Source of the DNA: Paecilomyces variotii
Taxonomy: Eukaryota
NCBI GenBank assembly: GCA_004022145.1
Contig: RCNU01000022.1
Strand: one strand, 5' to 3'
DNA: 64,000 bases
Shown in pieces: positions 1-11,969 of the stretch (position 1 is the stretch's first letter; each line of letters opens with the position of its first letter). The notes beneath the pieces were generated by a model. That model did not search any database, was not told the DNA's origin, and saw only the letters and a list, made by a program, of their open reading frames with translations. The position numbers and the translations under genes are program-made.

Positions 1-1104
1 GACTGTCGATTCGACCTGGACGAAAATACGGTGCTTTGCTTCGTTCGTTCTAGAAAACCGCAGCGGGAGGCACGTGAGGCGGCGGCGAGTGGTCGAGCGG
101 ACGGGATTGCAGGAGGGGGTATCACAACGGAGAAGAAGAAGAAGAGAGAAAAATAAATGATAATCAAGAACGGCAATGGGAAGATGATGCCCTCACACAA
201 CTCGCCTCCGGGCTGACTGGGGGGAGAATGAGACCAGAGACAGCGGAGGCGCAGTCGGGCAGGTATATATTTAATTCTGGACGGCGAGTGGGCCAGCGGA
301 AGGCGAGAGACGGGGTGATTCCGGAGACGCTATGGATTTGTGTTTGCAATCTGCAAGAGTCAACGGTCAGCGATAGATAGACAAGACACGAGACGACACT
401 AGACAAGCGACTAGACGCCCGAGAAAAAGAATGGAAAAAAAGAGAGTTTGGCCCGGATCGAGTGGGGAACCATCTGGAACAGACATCACATACCGCGGAG
501 GAATTGGCTCAATGGCTGGGATGTTGGAGATGTTGGAGATATTGGATGTTATGGATGTTGAAGATGTTGCTCTTGCGATATCAGCCAGCCTGCGATCAAG
601 CGTGTGCGCACTGTACCAGTAGATAGGTAAGTTGTCGCGAGTGCGTGAGGCTGTAGAGAGAGAGAAAAAAAACAGTCCCAGGCCGAAAGCGTCAGGCCCA
701 AACCGGGATGGTCTGGGAGAAGAAAAGGCCGAGAACCGCTAGTTAGCGTGGGAGGGAAAGATATTGACAATTCCAATGAGTTAAGATGGTGAGGATATCG
801 ATCAGCGCGCTAAGTAGGGATCATCATCACAGCAGAAGAAGAGGAAGAAGAAAAGAGAAGAGAAGAAAAAGAAGAGAATTGAAAGCATGGATAGAGAATC
901 ATCATCATCATCATTATCATCATCATCACCTTTCTTCTCCTCCTCCTCTCATCCTGCCCAGCGAGACCACCAAGTGGCAAAAACCAGAAATCCAGGCAAT
1001 TCTCGGCCGCAAGAAAGGAAATTCACCAGAGCTTAACGCGTCGATCCAATAATCCACTCTGCTCCGAGACCCGCCGGGAGTATCGTATGGTAATAATACC
1101 ATAC
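1..1104 (-). other. Putative long spliced 5' leader of a minus-strand gene whose CDS lies beyond the left window edge
   Basis: Minus-strand intron 351-493 (GTATGT...GCTGAC...TTGCAG) and a possible second intron 651-1104 (GTATGG...CTACAG). The predicted exons 1-350 and 494-650 contain no ATG. The minus strand is pyrimidine-rich. No credible CDS is present. Confidence 0.5.
899..928. repeat. (CAT)n microsatellite, imperfect
   Basis: About 10 ATC/CAT units with one interruption. A related (CAT)/(CAGCAT) run lies at about 1252-1290. Confidence 0.85.
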
Positions 1105-1699
1105 GGGCAGACCACGACGGACAAGAAAAGAAAAGGAAAGGGAAGGGAATCGAATTATAGAATAGAATGAAAAGAAACGAAATAAAATAAAATAAAATGA
1201 ATTGATTAGTATCTGCAGAGTTTATACAAAGAGCAAGAAATAATAAAAATTCATCATCATCAGCATCAGCATCAGCATCAGCAGCAGCATGTCAGTACAT
1301 CATCGCCATTCTGCCAGCCATGCCATGCCGAACACCCCATCCGGGATCCACGCAGGCACCGGCAGTTCTCTCTGTATCAAGAGGAAAGCAGTCTGGAGAA
1401 GAGATCGTCCCTTAGAGAGACACGGAGAGAGAGAGACACAGAGAGAGACGTGCGCAGGATATATCATCTTGTTCTCTTCGAGGGTGGGGGTGGCAGTTTG
1501 ATCTCTCGATCGATCTCTATCTCTTTATCTGTCTCAATCTCTTTTTTTCTCTCTCTCTATATATATACATATATATACATTTTTTTCTTCCTTTCTTTAT
1601 CTCTCCATCCATATCTTCTTGCTTTCTTTATCTCCTATCTCTAAGGGTTCTTTCGCCTCTCTCAGCCTCTGCAGTGTCGAACAACTGGCTGAATGCGTT

Positions 1700-1980
1700 T
1701 CCATTGGCTGCAGATAACGCCTCTGCCGCCATCACGCCGAGTGGGGCCTCAGAGGGCTTAGCGCTGCCTGTTTTTACCACGTCGGGCTTAGCGCCGATTG
1801 CCAACCGTCGGTCGCAGCCGGCCTGTGATTGGCACAAGATAAGGCGGAAGCCGGCGGTCTGATTGGCCGGGAGACACTCGGGCATCCCGACTGCTCGGGC
1901 GTTTCAGGAACGACATCGGACACCGTATCGCCCCCGATTCCTCTCGCATAATATCTCCTAGTCATCGCAATACCAATCCG
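1700..1980. promoter_or_regulatory. GC-rich promoter module with clustered CCAAT boxes and a duplicated 11-mer
   Basis: ATTGG at 1703, TGATTGGC at 1826 and 1860, CCAAT at 1973. GGGCTTAGCGC occurs at 1754-1764 and 1784-1794. The module lies upstream of the minus-strand leader. Confidence 0.5.
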
Positions 1981-3582
1981 GGCGTCGTGAGTGGATGACG
2001 ACCTGACTTAGCATCTAGTTACACCGTTGGATTTGTTTCTTTAGATAGCAGCTTAATTTACTTATACCCGTTTAGTTACTGCTTAGCAGTCTACTTACTC
2101 TACATATTCACTCAGAGTAACTAACAATATCACAATAACTACCAAGTTCCAACGCACAGCACTCTGCAGTATGTACCAGTATTCTAGACTACTAGTCGAT
2201 CGCTCGACCACCAGCGGAGCGGAACCGCGTGGCCTCGACGCACGCCTCAGCCGCAAACGGCCATCTTAATTTTCTCCCTGCCCAACGCAGCATCCGCTGC
2301 GGGGATTCCACTCTAGTATGATTAGAGTAACTAGCTCCTGTAGGACTATAGGTAGTTAACTACCGAACCTCTCCCGAACACGGCAGATCACCCATGATTA
2401 CTTTTATACTTTATTGGCTAGGAATTATTCTTTTAATCTCGCACGCGACAGGTTACTAGACTAGACTAGTTAGGTAGCAGTAGCACTGTAGGTAGTCGCG
2501 TTCAACGGATATGCAGGAACGGAACAGTGGAGAATCTGTGAATTATACATAGTACTTTAATCTGTTACGCGCTCTTATCTCTGGAGTCTGAACTATGGTA
2601 CAGTAGTACGTAGTAGACTCTAGAGTGTAGCTTTCTCCGTACTTCGTTGATAATAATAATTACCACGTTTTTTTTTTCCTTCTTTACGGGCTCGTGCCTT
2701 TCCCTACCCGATATAGTCTAAATAACCGAGAAGGAAATACCTAGCTAACCCAAAATCCAAAACTATACTAAGCCCTGATTTTCACTCGTTAAGATTAAGA
2801 ACAAATAACTCCCTTACAGACCTGCCCCAGACGCCGTGACCACGGGATCCGGCGTTATTCACTCTAGTCTAGTTATATCTACAGAGTAGATAGATAGTCC
2901 GTGTTATCGTCATCGCCCTCGTCATAACTACCTATACTATGTATATGGCTGGCCACTACTAACTAGCTAGCTACTTGTGTAGTTTATCAACTAATTAACT
3001 AGCTTCAGGGGTGAATCGTGATAAGCTTTATGTAGTCCTACTACTAATTATATGGTATATCTTTTGTTTTGGTTTTATCTGATTCGATTATTCGATTGTT
3101 TTTCGTCATGTTTGAATCATAGAAGTTAACTATCTCGCTGTTTCTCGCTAGAGAATAAGTAGTTAACTATACGCATAGTGTATGTGTGCTATAAGTATAG
3201 GGGAACCTTAAACAGATATATCTCGCATTTATTTTAGTTACGGGATATAGCAGTGCATAATAATGCGTATAGATACTTATTTTATTGCCCGCTTAATCCG
3301 TTCTGTTAAGCTACTAGTTATAGAGTAGCTCTAGCTTCTCCGGACGTAAGAAATATTTACCCTATAGAAACAGCTATATTAGGCTCCTAACTATAAAAGA
3401 GCACTACTTAGAAAACAGAGTATAGCTTTCCCCAAGAAAAAACGAATAAAAACCTCCCCGAATAACCCACGTCATTATTATTACTCCCAAGAACTAGTTG
3501 ACCAAGAACAAATCATCACGCACGTAGTCTATCTAATAGCTAGTCTCATAATCTTCTAATAGGTCAAATCCCCTAGAACAAC

Positions 3583-3671
3583 GGCTCGATGGTCTAGGGG
3601 GATGATTCGTCCTTCGGGCAGCGATATTCTGGGAATGGACGAGGTCCCGGGTTCGAATCCCGGTCGAGCCC
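3583..3671 (+). tRNA. tRNA-Pro(CGG) with 17-nt intron (3619-3635)
   Basis: Acceptor stem GGCTCGA/TCGAGCC, anticodon stem CGTCC/GGACG with CGG at 3615-3617, intron after G37, T-arm CCGGG-TTCGAAT-CCCGG. Mature length is 72 nt. Confidence 0.96.
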
Positions 3672-3695
3672 CGGTTAAAGAGATTTAACCACCTC

Positions 3696-3706
3696 TTTTT
3701 TTTTTT
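3696..3706 (+). terminator. RNA polymerase III oligo-T terminator of the tRNA gene
   Basis: Run of 11 T starting 25 nt downstream of the tRNA 3' end. Confidence 0.85.
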
Positions 3707-4019
3707 CTTCTTTCTTTTTTTGGTTATTGTCAGTGTAATTGTAATATAATATTATAATATGAATGGTAAAGATATTTCGTGCATTTTTTTTTGTTGATAT
3801 TGAGGGCCTGAGTTTATTTTTTATATAACTACCTGTGGTTTGGCGAGGTGATTGAAATTGGGACCTATGAAATACAGTAGTCGACGGTTGTAATCACCGT
3901 GTCGCTCGCATACTCCCACTCCTGATTCAGATATACTCTATTATTTGGCAGTATCTAAATGCAATGGCAGTCCTGTCGTACATCACATCGGGTATCGTCA
4001 TCGAATTCTAGGATTAGGT

Positions 4020-4136
4020 TTCTTCTTCTTCTTCTTCTTCTTCTTCTTCTTCTTCTTCTTCTTCTTCTTCTTCTTCTTCTTCTTCTTCTTCTTCTTCTTC
4101 TTCTTCTTCTTCTTCTTCTTCTTCTTCTTCTTCTTC
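4020..4136. repeat. Perfect (TTC)39/(GAA)39 microsatellite
   Basis: 117 bp of uninterrupted TTC, starting about 24 nt after the COG4 stop on the minus strand. Confidence 0.97.
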
Positions 4137-4160
4137 TTTTCAACTTCGCCGCTAGTAGCT

Positions 4161-6688
4161 CTACCTGACTATTGCTCGCGCTCTGCTTCGCTCCTCCGCG
4201 CTGAGCTTGTCTACCATCTCTGCCGTCTCGCCGCCTTGAACAACATCCTGCCACTCGTCGTCGTCCATGCCCATGATCAGCACCATCTGCAAGCACCGTG
4301 CAAAGACCTCCCGATGCCGGTAGCGTGCTGGCGCTCCGTGGCCGCTGGTCACATCCACCGCAGCGTTGACGATGCCGGACACATCGCGCTCGAGTCTCGT
4401 TGCGCCCAGGGCGTTGACCCGGCCGTGGTATGACCATAATCGCTTCTCGAGCAGCCGCGCAAGGTATGCCACCGTCACGCCCAGGAGACGGTCAAACGCA
4501 GACGGCGTTAAGATTCGCGCGATGGGCAGCATAAGCCCCGACCAGCCTGTCGCAAAACGGGGTCGGACCAGCTCCGCACGGAGAGTCTCCTCATCCATGT
4601 CCTCATCGTCGTAGCTGTGGTACACTGTGCTGGTCGGATCGCGGTCTCCGCGCGGCTGATACTCGATGTCGCGAAAGGCGTCAGCCAGGATGGGCCGTAG
4701 ACGATGCTTGACGACATTGTTGAAAACAACCTGGATACCGTCGGATAGCAGATCACTGGCCTTCGAGTCGAACGAGTTGGAGAGAGATCGCAGCGACTGA
4801 GCGACCGCCAATGCATCGTCATCAAGTGGAAACAACACATGCAGTCCGCTTTCACCATCACCCGTCGAGCGCTCTGCAGTCTGTGGCTGGACAGGCTCTT
4901 TCGGCTCCACGTGGTCTTGGACAATGCGACGGATGTAGTCGACAGCCACGTCCAAGTTGTTGATGAGTACCAAGAATGCAATGACAATCTGCTCCGGCGG
5001 CTGCCCGCCGTGAACAGGTGCTTTGGGGTAGCATTCGTCGCGCATCCTCCGCTGTATCATACCGATGAAGTCAGTACCCAGCACTCGAGACAGTGTAGGC
5101 ACGGTATTCAGCACGACGCTCCTCTGAGCGGTAGCGAGAGACTGCCGGAGGACCTTGTTTACAATGTACATGATATCGTCGACTGCAGAAGTGATGTGCG
5201 GGGGGTCTGCATGTAGTGGCTTGTGCGGGTTGAGCGTCAGCCCGGACGGCTGCTCATCCAGCTGGAAGGCCTTCTCGACGGAGCGGCGAGAGAAGAACGT
5301 GGTCATGGCATTGAAAGGGGTGATGACCCGCTCCGAAATCTTCCTGGCGAGAGTCGACTCTGCCACAAACTCAGGCAGTGTAAAAGCGTCCTCGTTGTCT
5401 TCCGGATCCTGCACGTTGTCAGCGCGTCTGAGTAAGTAGAATATCTCGAAAACCGTACCCTGCATTTATCCGCAAGGAACCTGGAGTACAGTGACCATCG
5501 CTCAAGCATAACCGCCATCTCATTCAAGACCGCGTCCACCTCCTTCATGTCAACGCCTTCCTCCTCCGTCTGGTCTCCCTGACTCCCATCCTTACTGACC
5601 GGAGAGCCCGTTCGAGGCGTCCCCGCCGCGCGCTGCGCAGGAAGAAAGCTCTGCACTAGAAAGGTAAAAGCATAGGACTTTACATCAGTCAGCTTGCGGT
5701 CGATATTCCTTTCGTCTCTCCAGGTGTCCAGTATGATTCCACCCTGGACATCCGCCTCTACTTGCAAACGCTCTATCACCCGCGCCATCTTGCCAGCTCC
5801 GTAATGACGCTCCACCAGCGGGCCATGCCCCTCAATGATCTGAGCGATGTGCTCAAAAAGCTTCGTCAGAGCACCAGCGTAGAAGAAGCCATCCTGAGAA
5901 TTTGCCGCCCCAGCATTGAGGTTTGTCCGCGCCCGTGATGCGACGCCCTGACATACGTATCGTCCATACACCTCCAGTCCAACCTCCGACCTGCCAATCA
6001 GCGGGAATAGCTTGAAGAACCGAGTGATCTTGGCACCATTATTGTCCTTGACGGCCTTGTCGAACTCGCGCAGGAACAGACCGCAGAGAGACTCAGCAGC
6101 ATTGTGCAACGTGACGCTGGGAGGATCAGGCACCTCCGCTGTCGGTACAATCTCCTCCGCAAAGGCCCCATTGACCACCTCCGGCGGAATCTTGGACGCT
6201 CGGCTCAGATAGCTGGCCGCTGTCTCCCAGTCCTGCGGACCTTCCATGGAGCCAGCCACACCCAAGACACATGCCTTGAGCTCTGCCACCTGCTCCACCA
6301 CCTGCAGCGTTGCCTTGACTCTTGCCTGTTCGAGATCCAGCTTCCTGACAGCGTTGGAGATCCGGTCCGCGGTGGCCGCAGCGTCCGAGAGCATGCCGTG
6401 GCTAACGGACCTGGTCGTGCTGGCCTGGGTACCCAAGTGAGCTCGTAACAAATCCAGCCGGCCCAATTCTCTAGAGAAATCATTCTGGGACGCAACCAGC
6501 GCATCCAGCCGGGCGGTCACTGAGGCATCTTGATCATGAAGGTGTGAGAGCGTCGCCTTGATCTGTGCGACTGATACGGCGTTGAAGATGTCGACAGGAG
6601 GACTCGTGTCGCGGGCATTGTCGACGGCGATCTTCGAAGAAGTCACGATATGTCCGTTGACGGCGCTGTGCCCGCTCGTCTTCGACAT
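4161..6688 (-). CDS. COG4: Conserved oligomeric Golgi complex subunit 4
   Basis: Two ORFs joined by intron 5409-5458 (GTACGG...GCTGAC...GCAG). COG4-type motifs ITRFFKLFPLIG, RRSVEKAFQLDE, TSAVDDIMYIV and NALGATRLERDV. Confidence 0.9.
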
Positions 6689-7496
6689 TATTCTCAGTGT
6701 GAGGTCCCCTTGAGGAGACAGCGTCGCGGTGAGATTGACCGTCCGCAGCTATCCACCAAGTGTCCATTGCAGCGGCGAGCGCCATTGGTGGTGACGCCGG
6801 GCGGTGAGGCGGTGGGACGTGCCAACACGATTCGAGTATTTATTTACTTACGGACTTATTGTAGATATAAGAAGCACTGATGGACTAAGTTAGGTGATTA
6901 TTCAGGTGTAACATTATTAGTTATGGAGGCTGTCTACATCAGGATGAATCCCTGACATATATCATTTCCAACATCATCATTATCTGCACGGCATTTCAGG
7001 AATGGAATATAAGGTCTGTGTCACACGCCGAGCAACGACGATGCAAGTATGCATTCTCAGACGAACTGAGAAGGATAACACTCCATGAGAACTCATTCAG
7101 TGCAAGTAAAGCTTCGGTACAGCATTCCACTTCTCCCCTACGCCATATACACACTGATCACCTCTTGAAGGCTGTCTTGAACTCCCCGCAGCGCAGCGGG
7201 GATTATATAAGCCTCCGCCGACAAAAACCCGCAACCCCACTGGCTCTCGTGCGACTGACGTATTATTTATCGATAGTGCGAACAAAGAAACGGTTTCACT
7301 GCAGCTTGGTTGCTGGCGTATTTCCCCCGCTTATCGAGGCAACTTGCGAACAAGTGAACGCTAGGGTTTGCAAAAGATAACTTATATACGCAGCTTAACC
7401 AACCTTAGACTCGTTTCTACTTCTTCCGCTACCACCATAGGTCGCCGTCGCCGAGAGAGACACCAGCGGCCAAAACCTGGCCGGCCGCGCTCCAAA

Positions 7497-8744
7497 ATGG
7501 GCAACGAATCTTCAACCCCAGTGGACGAGAAGACCCCTCCCAAGGTCCTCGAGGCGCGGAATATCGAGTCCGTCGCTAAGTATATCGAGGAGAACAATGT
7601 CCGCCGCATTGTGGTGATGGTATGATCGCCTATGGTTAGCTACCAAGTGAATTGTAGCACAATGCTGATAGAAAATTTCCAGTGCGGCGCTGGTATTAGT
7701 ACTTCTGCGGGAATCCCTGATTTCCGCTCACCTGATACTGGAATATACTCCAATCTGGCGCATTTGGACCTGCCCGACCCGGAAGCTGTGTTCGACATTT
7801 CTTTCTTCCGGCAGAATCCTCGTCCCTTTTACGCACTAGCTCACGAGCTCTATCCCGGACGGTATCGACCAACCGTTGCACACTCGTTCATCAAATTGCT
7901 CTACAACAAGGGTCGCCTGCTGAAGCACTTCACGCAGAACATCGACTGTCTCGAGCGTGAGGCTGGTGTGCCCGGGGAGATGATCGTCGAGGCTCACGGC
8001 AGCTTCGCGAATCAGCACTGTATCGACTGCAAGAGCGAATACCCGGATGACATGATGAAACAGGCCATCGACAAGGCGGAGGTGCCACGCTGCCTGAACC
8101 CCAAGTGCAATGGCCTTGTCAAGCCGGATATCGTCTTCTTCGGCGAGGCGCTGCCGGAGGAATTCTTCCTGAACCGGACCCTCCCGGCAGCGGCTGACCT
8201 GTGCATCGTCATGGGAACAAGCTTGACGGTTCAGCCGTTTGCTAGTTTGCCAGGATACTGCAAGGAGGGAGTACCCCGCGTGCTCATCAATATGGAGCGT
8301 GTTGGCGGTCTGGGGTCTCGTCCCGATGATGTGTTGCTCCTGGGCGACTGTGATGCCGGTGTCCGGAAGTTCGCCAAAGCTCTGGGCTGGCAGGACGAAC
8401 TGGAGGCCCTGTGGGAAGAGACCAACCCGGACAAGAAGGCTCGAGATGAGGAATCTGCACCTCTGAAGGATCGCGATGAGCGACTGAAGGATGAGGTTGA
8501 ACGGCTCACGGAAGAAGTTGACCGGACATTGAGCGTCTCAACGGCCTATGAAGATCGCGTCCGGCAGCAGATCAAAGACCAGGAGAAATCTGCGGCCAAA
8601 GAAGACGCGACTAAGCCTGCAGCACTGGGGCAGGGAGCTTCTGCTTCAGACGCAGGCAAGGGCCAAGTTAGTGCTGAGTCGGAGGGCCGCGACGGACTCA
8701 GCCATGTGTTCCCGCATCTCGCGGGTAAGAAGCCATCTTTGTAG
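7497..8744 (+). CDS. HST2: NAD+-dependent deacetylase, sirtuin class I (Hst2/SIRT2-like)
   Basis: GAGISTSAGIPDFRSP, TQNIDCLE, EAHGSF, two CxxC-type zinc ligand pairs, KPDIVFFGE and GTSL motifs. Intron 7620-7682. Confidence 0.92.
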
Positions 8745-9587
8745 ATGATCATGACCGGCGTACAGGCGTAAGAGAGGGGGAATCGGATCGAGGCTATCAC
8801 TAGCACATGTGTGGGTGTATATAATGTTTCACGATAGGGAGACTCTCTACCCCCAGTATTGAGAGTATTGAGAGTTACTAAGTAGTAATGACAAGCCACA
8901 CGGAACAAGTTAGTTTCATCTCGTAATTCATGATTCACCATGGAGCGGATTTTCGTAACAAGTAGCATGAAGCAATTACCAGGCGATTAACTAACCACCC
9001 CATGGTAACTAGCCAGCTGGTTCAAATAGAGAGCAGAATACCAAAGCAGCACGTCCAGTCCGGTCGCGGATGGCTGTTGACCGTCGTATGATTGCGCCGC
9101 CACCAACGCCTCGCAAAGGATCGCAGTCAGACAAGACTATCGAGTGCTGCGGGCGATGCGGTCCAGGCCAAGTGTAAACCCCGTTAGTCTCTTTTTCCTC
9201 GGTATGGTCGTTCAAGTGGGGGAAATAACGTCACGAGCTGCGATCCTGTTCGGGTGCTATCGCAGAACGTTCTCGAGTCTCTGGCGGTGATATTGTCACT
9301 CCCCTTCTGTCCTGCATCCCTTCAGACATCATCTTCTGGAAAAACCTGTAGATAGCATCCTCCGTATTTTGGCTGTTGTACGGTTCGTATTGGACGGTCC
9401 TTTTGGTGGTGAAGCTGCTGCCCCACGTTCTGGTCAGCGATCCCGCTCCCGTCCCGATTTGGTTCTCCGGTATTTTACTACTACACACTTCTCCCAATCC
9501 TCTTTGTTCTTCACCTCGCACCTCCCATTGCGACAGTCGCTGGACCCCCAAGTAATTCATCAGTCTTGCCTCGTGTGATTGTCCACA

Positions 9588-11334
9588 ATGGTCGGCCTAG
9601 GACCTCGTCGTCGACCCTCCCGCAAGGGTAACGTTCCTCCGCGATAACCTCTCCCCCGCGTTGGGGAAGCCCCGCGGTCCAGCGAGCTGACCGTCCGCCC
9701 ACAGGTTCCATGGCCGATGTGCCCAAGGATCTCCTGGAGCAGATTAAGGAGTTCGAGGAGATCTTCACTGTCGATGCTGCGAAGCTCAAGCAGATCGTCA
9801 ACCATTTCGTCAAGGAGCTGGAGAAGGGTATGGCCGTCCCGATCCAGGCGTCTCAATTGCTTGATAACGATATAAAACATCAAGAATCATGCTGACGGAT
9901 GTTTCTCAGGTCTCAGCGTTGAGGGCGGCAACATTGTGAGTTGCGGTAATATCTAAAACTATCTGTTGTTCCCGATGCGCTGACCTCTTTTCAGCCCATG
10001 AATGTTACCTGGGTCATGGGCTTCCCCACCGGTCATGAAGAGGGAACCTTCCTCGCCCTCGATATGGGCGGCACCAACCTGCGCGTTTGTGAAATCATCC
10101 TGTCGAAGGAGAAGGGCGAGTTCGATATCATCCAGTCCAAGTACCGTATGCCGGAGGAGCTCAAGACGGGTACTGCTGAGGAACTGTGGGAGTACACGGC
10201 CGACTGTCTGCAGCAGTTCTTGGAATACCACCACCCCGGAGAGAATCTGCACCAGCTGCCTCTGGGTTTCACCTTTTCGTATCCTGCCACTCAAGATTAC
10301 GTTGACCACGGTGTGCTCCAGCGGTGGACTAAGGGATTTGACATCGAGGGTGTCGAGGGCCAGGACGTCGTTCCACAGTTTGAAGCGGTTCTGAAGAAGA
10401 GGGTGCGTGGTCATTTGAAGACAGTGATTGGTGAACCTCTATTGACGTCGTCCAGAATCTGCCCGTCAAGATTGCCGCCTTGATCAATGACACGACCGGT
10501 ACCATGATCGCCTCTGCGTACACTGATCCCGAGGTGAAGATCGGCTGCATCTTCGGAACCGGTGTCAACGCTGCCTACATGGAGAATGTCGGCTCTATAC
10601 CCAAGATTGCGCACATGAACCTGCCGCCGGACATGCCTATCGCCATTAACTGCGAGTACGGTGCTTTCGACAATGAGCACGTAGTCCTTCCTCTGACGCC
10701 GTACGATATCATCATCGACCGCGACTCCCCCCGTCCCGGCCAGCAGGCTTTTGAGAAGATGACTGCGGGACTGTATCTTGGTGAGATCTTCCGCCTGGCA
10801 CTTATCGACCTCATCGACAAGAAGCCCGGCCTTATCTTCGAGGGTCAGGACGTTTCAAAGCTCCGCAAGGCCTACTCTATCGACACCTCTCTCCTCTCTG
10901 CCATCGAGGAGGATCCCTTTGAGAACCTCCAGGAGACGCAGGAGCTCCTCGAGAAGCAACTCGGCATTAAGGCTGTCAAACCCGAGCTGGAGCTGATCCG
11001 TCGCCTAGCCGAACTGATTGGCACCCGTGCCGCTCGTCTGTCTGCGTGCGGTGTCGCTGCTATCTGCAAGAAGAAGAACATCGAGAGCTGCCACGTCGGT
11101 GCCGACGGCTCCGTCTTCAACAAGTACCCTCACTTCAAGGCCCGCGGTGCCCAGGCTCTGCGCGAGATTCTTGACTGGGCACCCAACGAGAAGGACAAGG
11201 TTGTCATTCTGCCCGCCGAGGATGGTTCCGGTGTGGGTGCTGCCCTCATTGCTGCTCTGACGCTGAAACGTGTCAAGGAGGGTAACCTGGCTGGTATCAG
11301 AGATGAGAAGGAGTTCCAGGCTATGCTAGGATGA
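9588..11334 (+). CDS. hxkA: Hexokinase
   Basis: N-terminal RKGSM, LALDMGGTNLRV, PLGFTFSYP, INDTTGT, IFGTGVN, FEKMTAGLYLGE and EDGSGVGAA motifs. Four introns; the first is 9628-9704. Confidence 0.95.
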
Positions 11335-11969
11335 GTTGCGCTACGGGAGAGGACTCTACAAGAGTTTTGCACTCGACAAAATAATTGCATTTCGGAAGTT
11401 TTCGCAGGCGATCTCGATGAAATATACTAAATCTCTCTCTTTCTACCCGATCTTTACAACATCCTTCTTGTCAGATAGACTGAACCGGATGGCTAGATAA
11501 ATACATAGGTAGATGGACCAAATATATTGTTTAAACGAATTATGAGATAGTTAGCATATTGCCTTGATTTTATTCTCGATCTCCCATATCAAACAGTCGC
11601 GATACATGCAATCTACGTGCTCTAGTAAATGAATGATGCTCTACTAAATATACTGGCAGACAGATCATGTGATCAATACCCCGACACGGGCTCACCGCCT
11701 TCGTCACCGCCCGTTGATGCTCCACCGCCAGCTGCGCCCGCAGCCAATAGCGGGATCGCAGTAGCGCAAAAAGCAGAAAAGAAAAATTACTCCCGAATAG
11801 GTCGAGTTATGCTACAAGGCTCAACACCAGACAGACACCATCTCTGCGCTGGAGCCTCCAAGGGAAATTAGCTTCCGGATAAGTGATTCCTATCACATAC
11901 AGGACTTTACCAAGCGTCTTTTGTGTGCGGAATCCCGTGCTGCGGCGCGAAAGAAGCATACTTGAAAAA

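Noticed and set aside
786-1052. 88-aa ORF with basic and poly-His runs
   Set aside because: Translation of (GAA) and (CAT) microsatellites antisense to the putative leader; no family features.
3945-4437. ORFs encoding poly-Phe, poly-Arg or poly-Leu
   Set aside because: Artefacts of the stop-free (TTC)39 tract overlapping the COG4 3' end.
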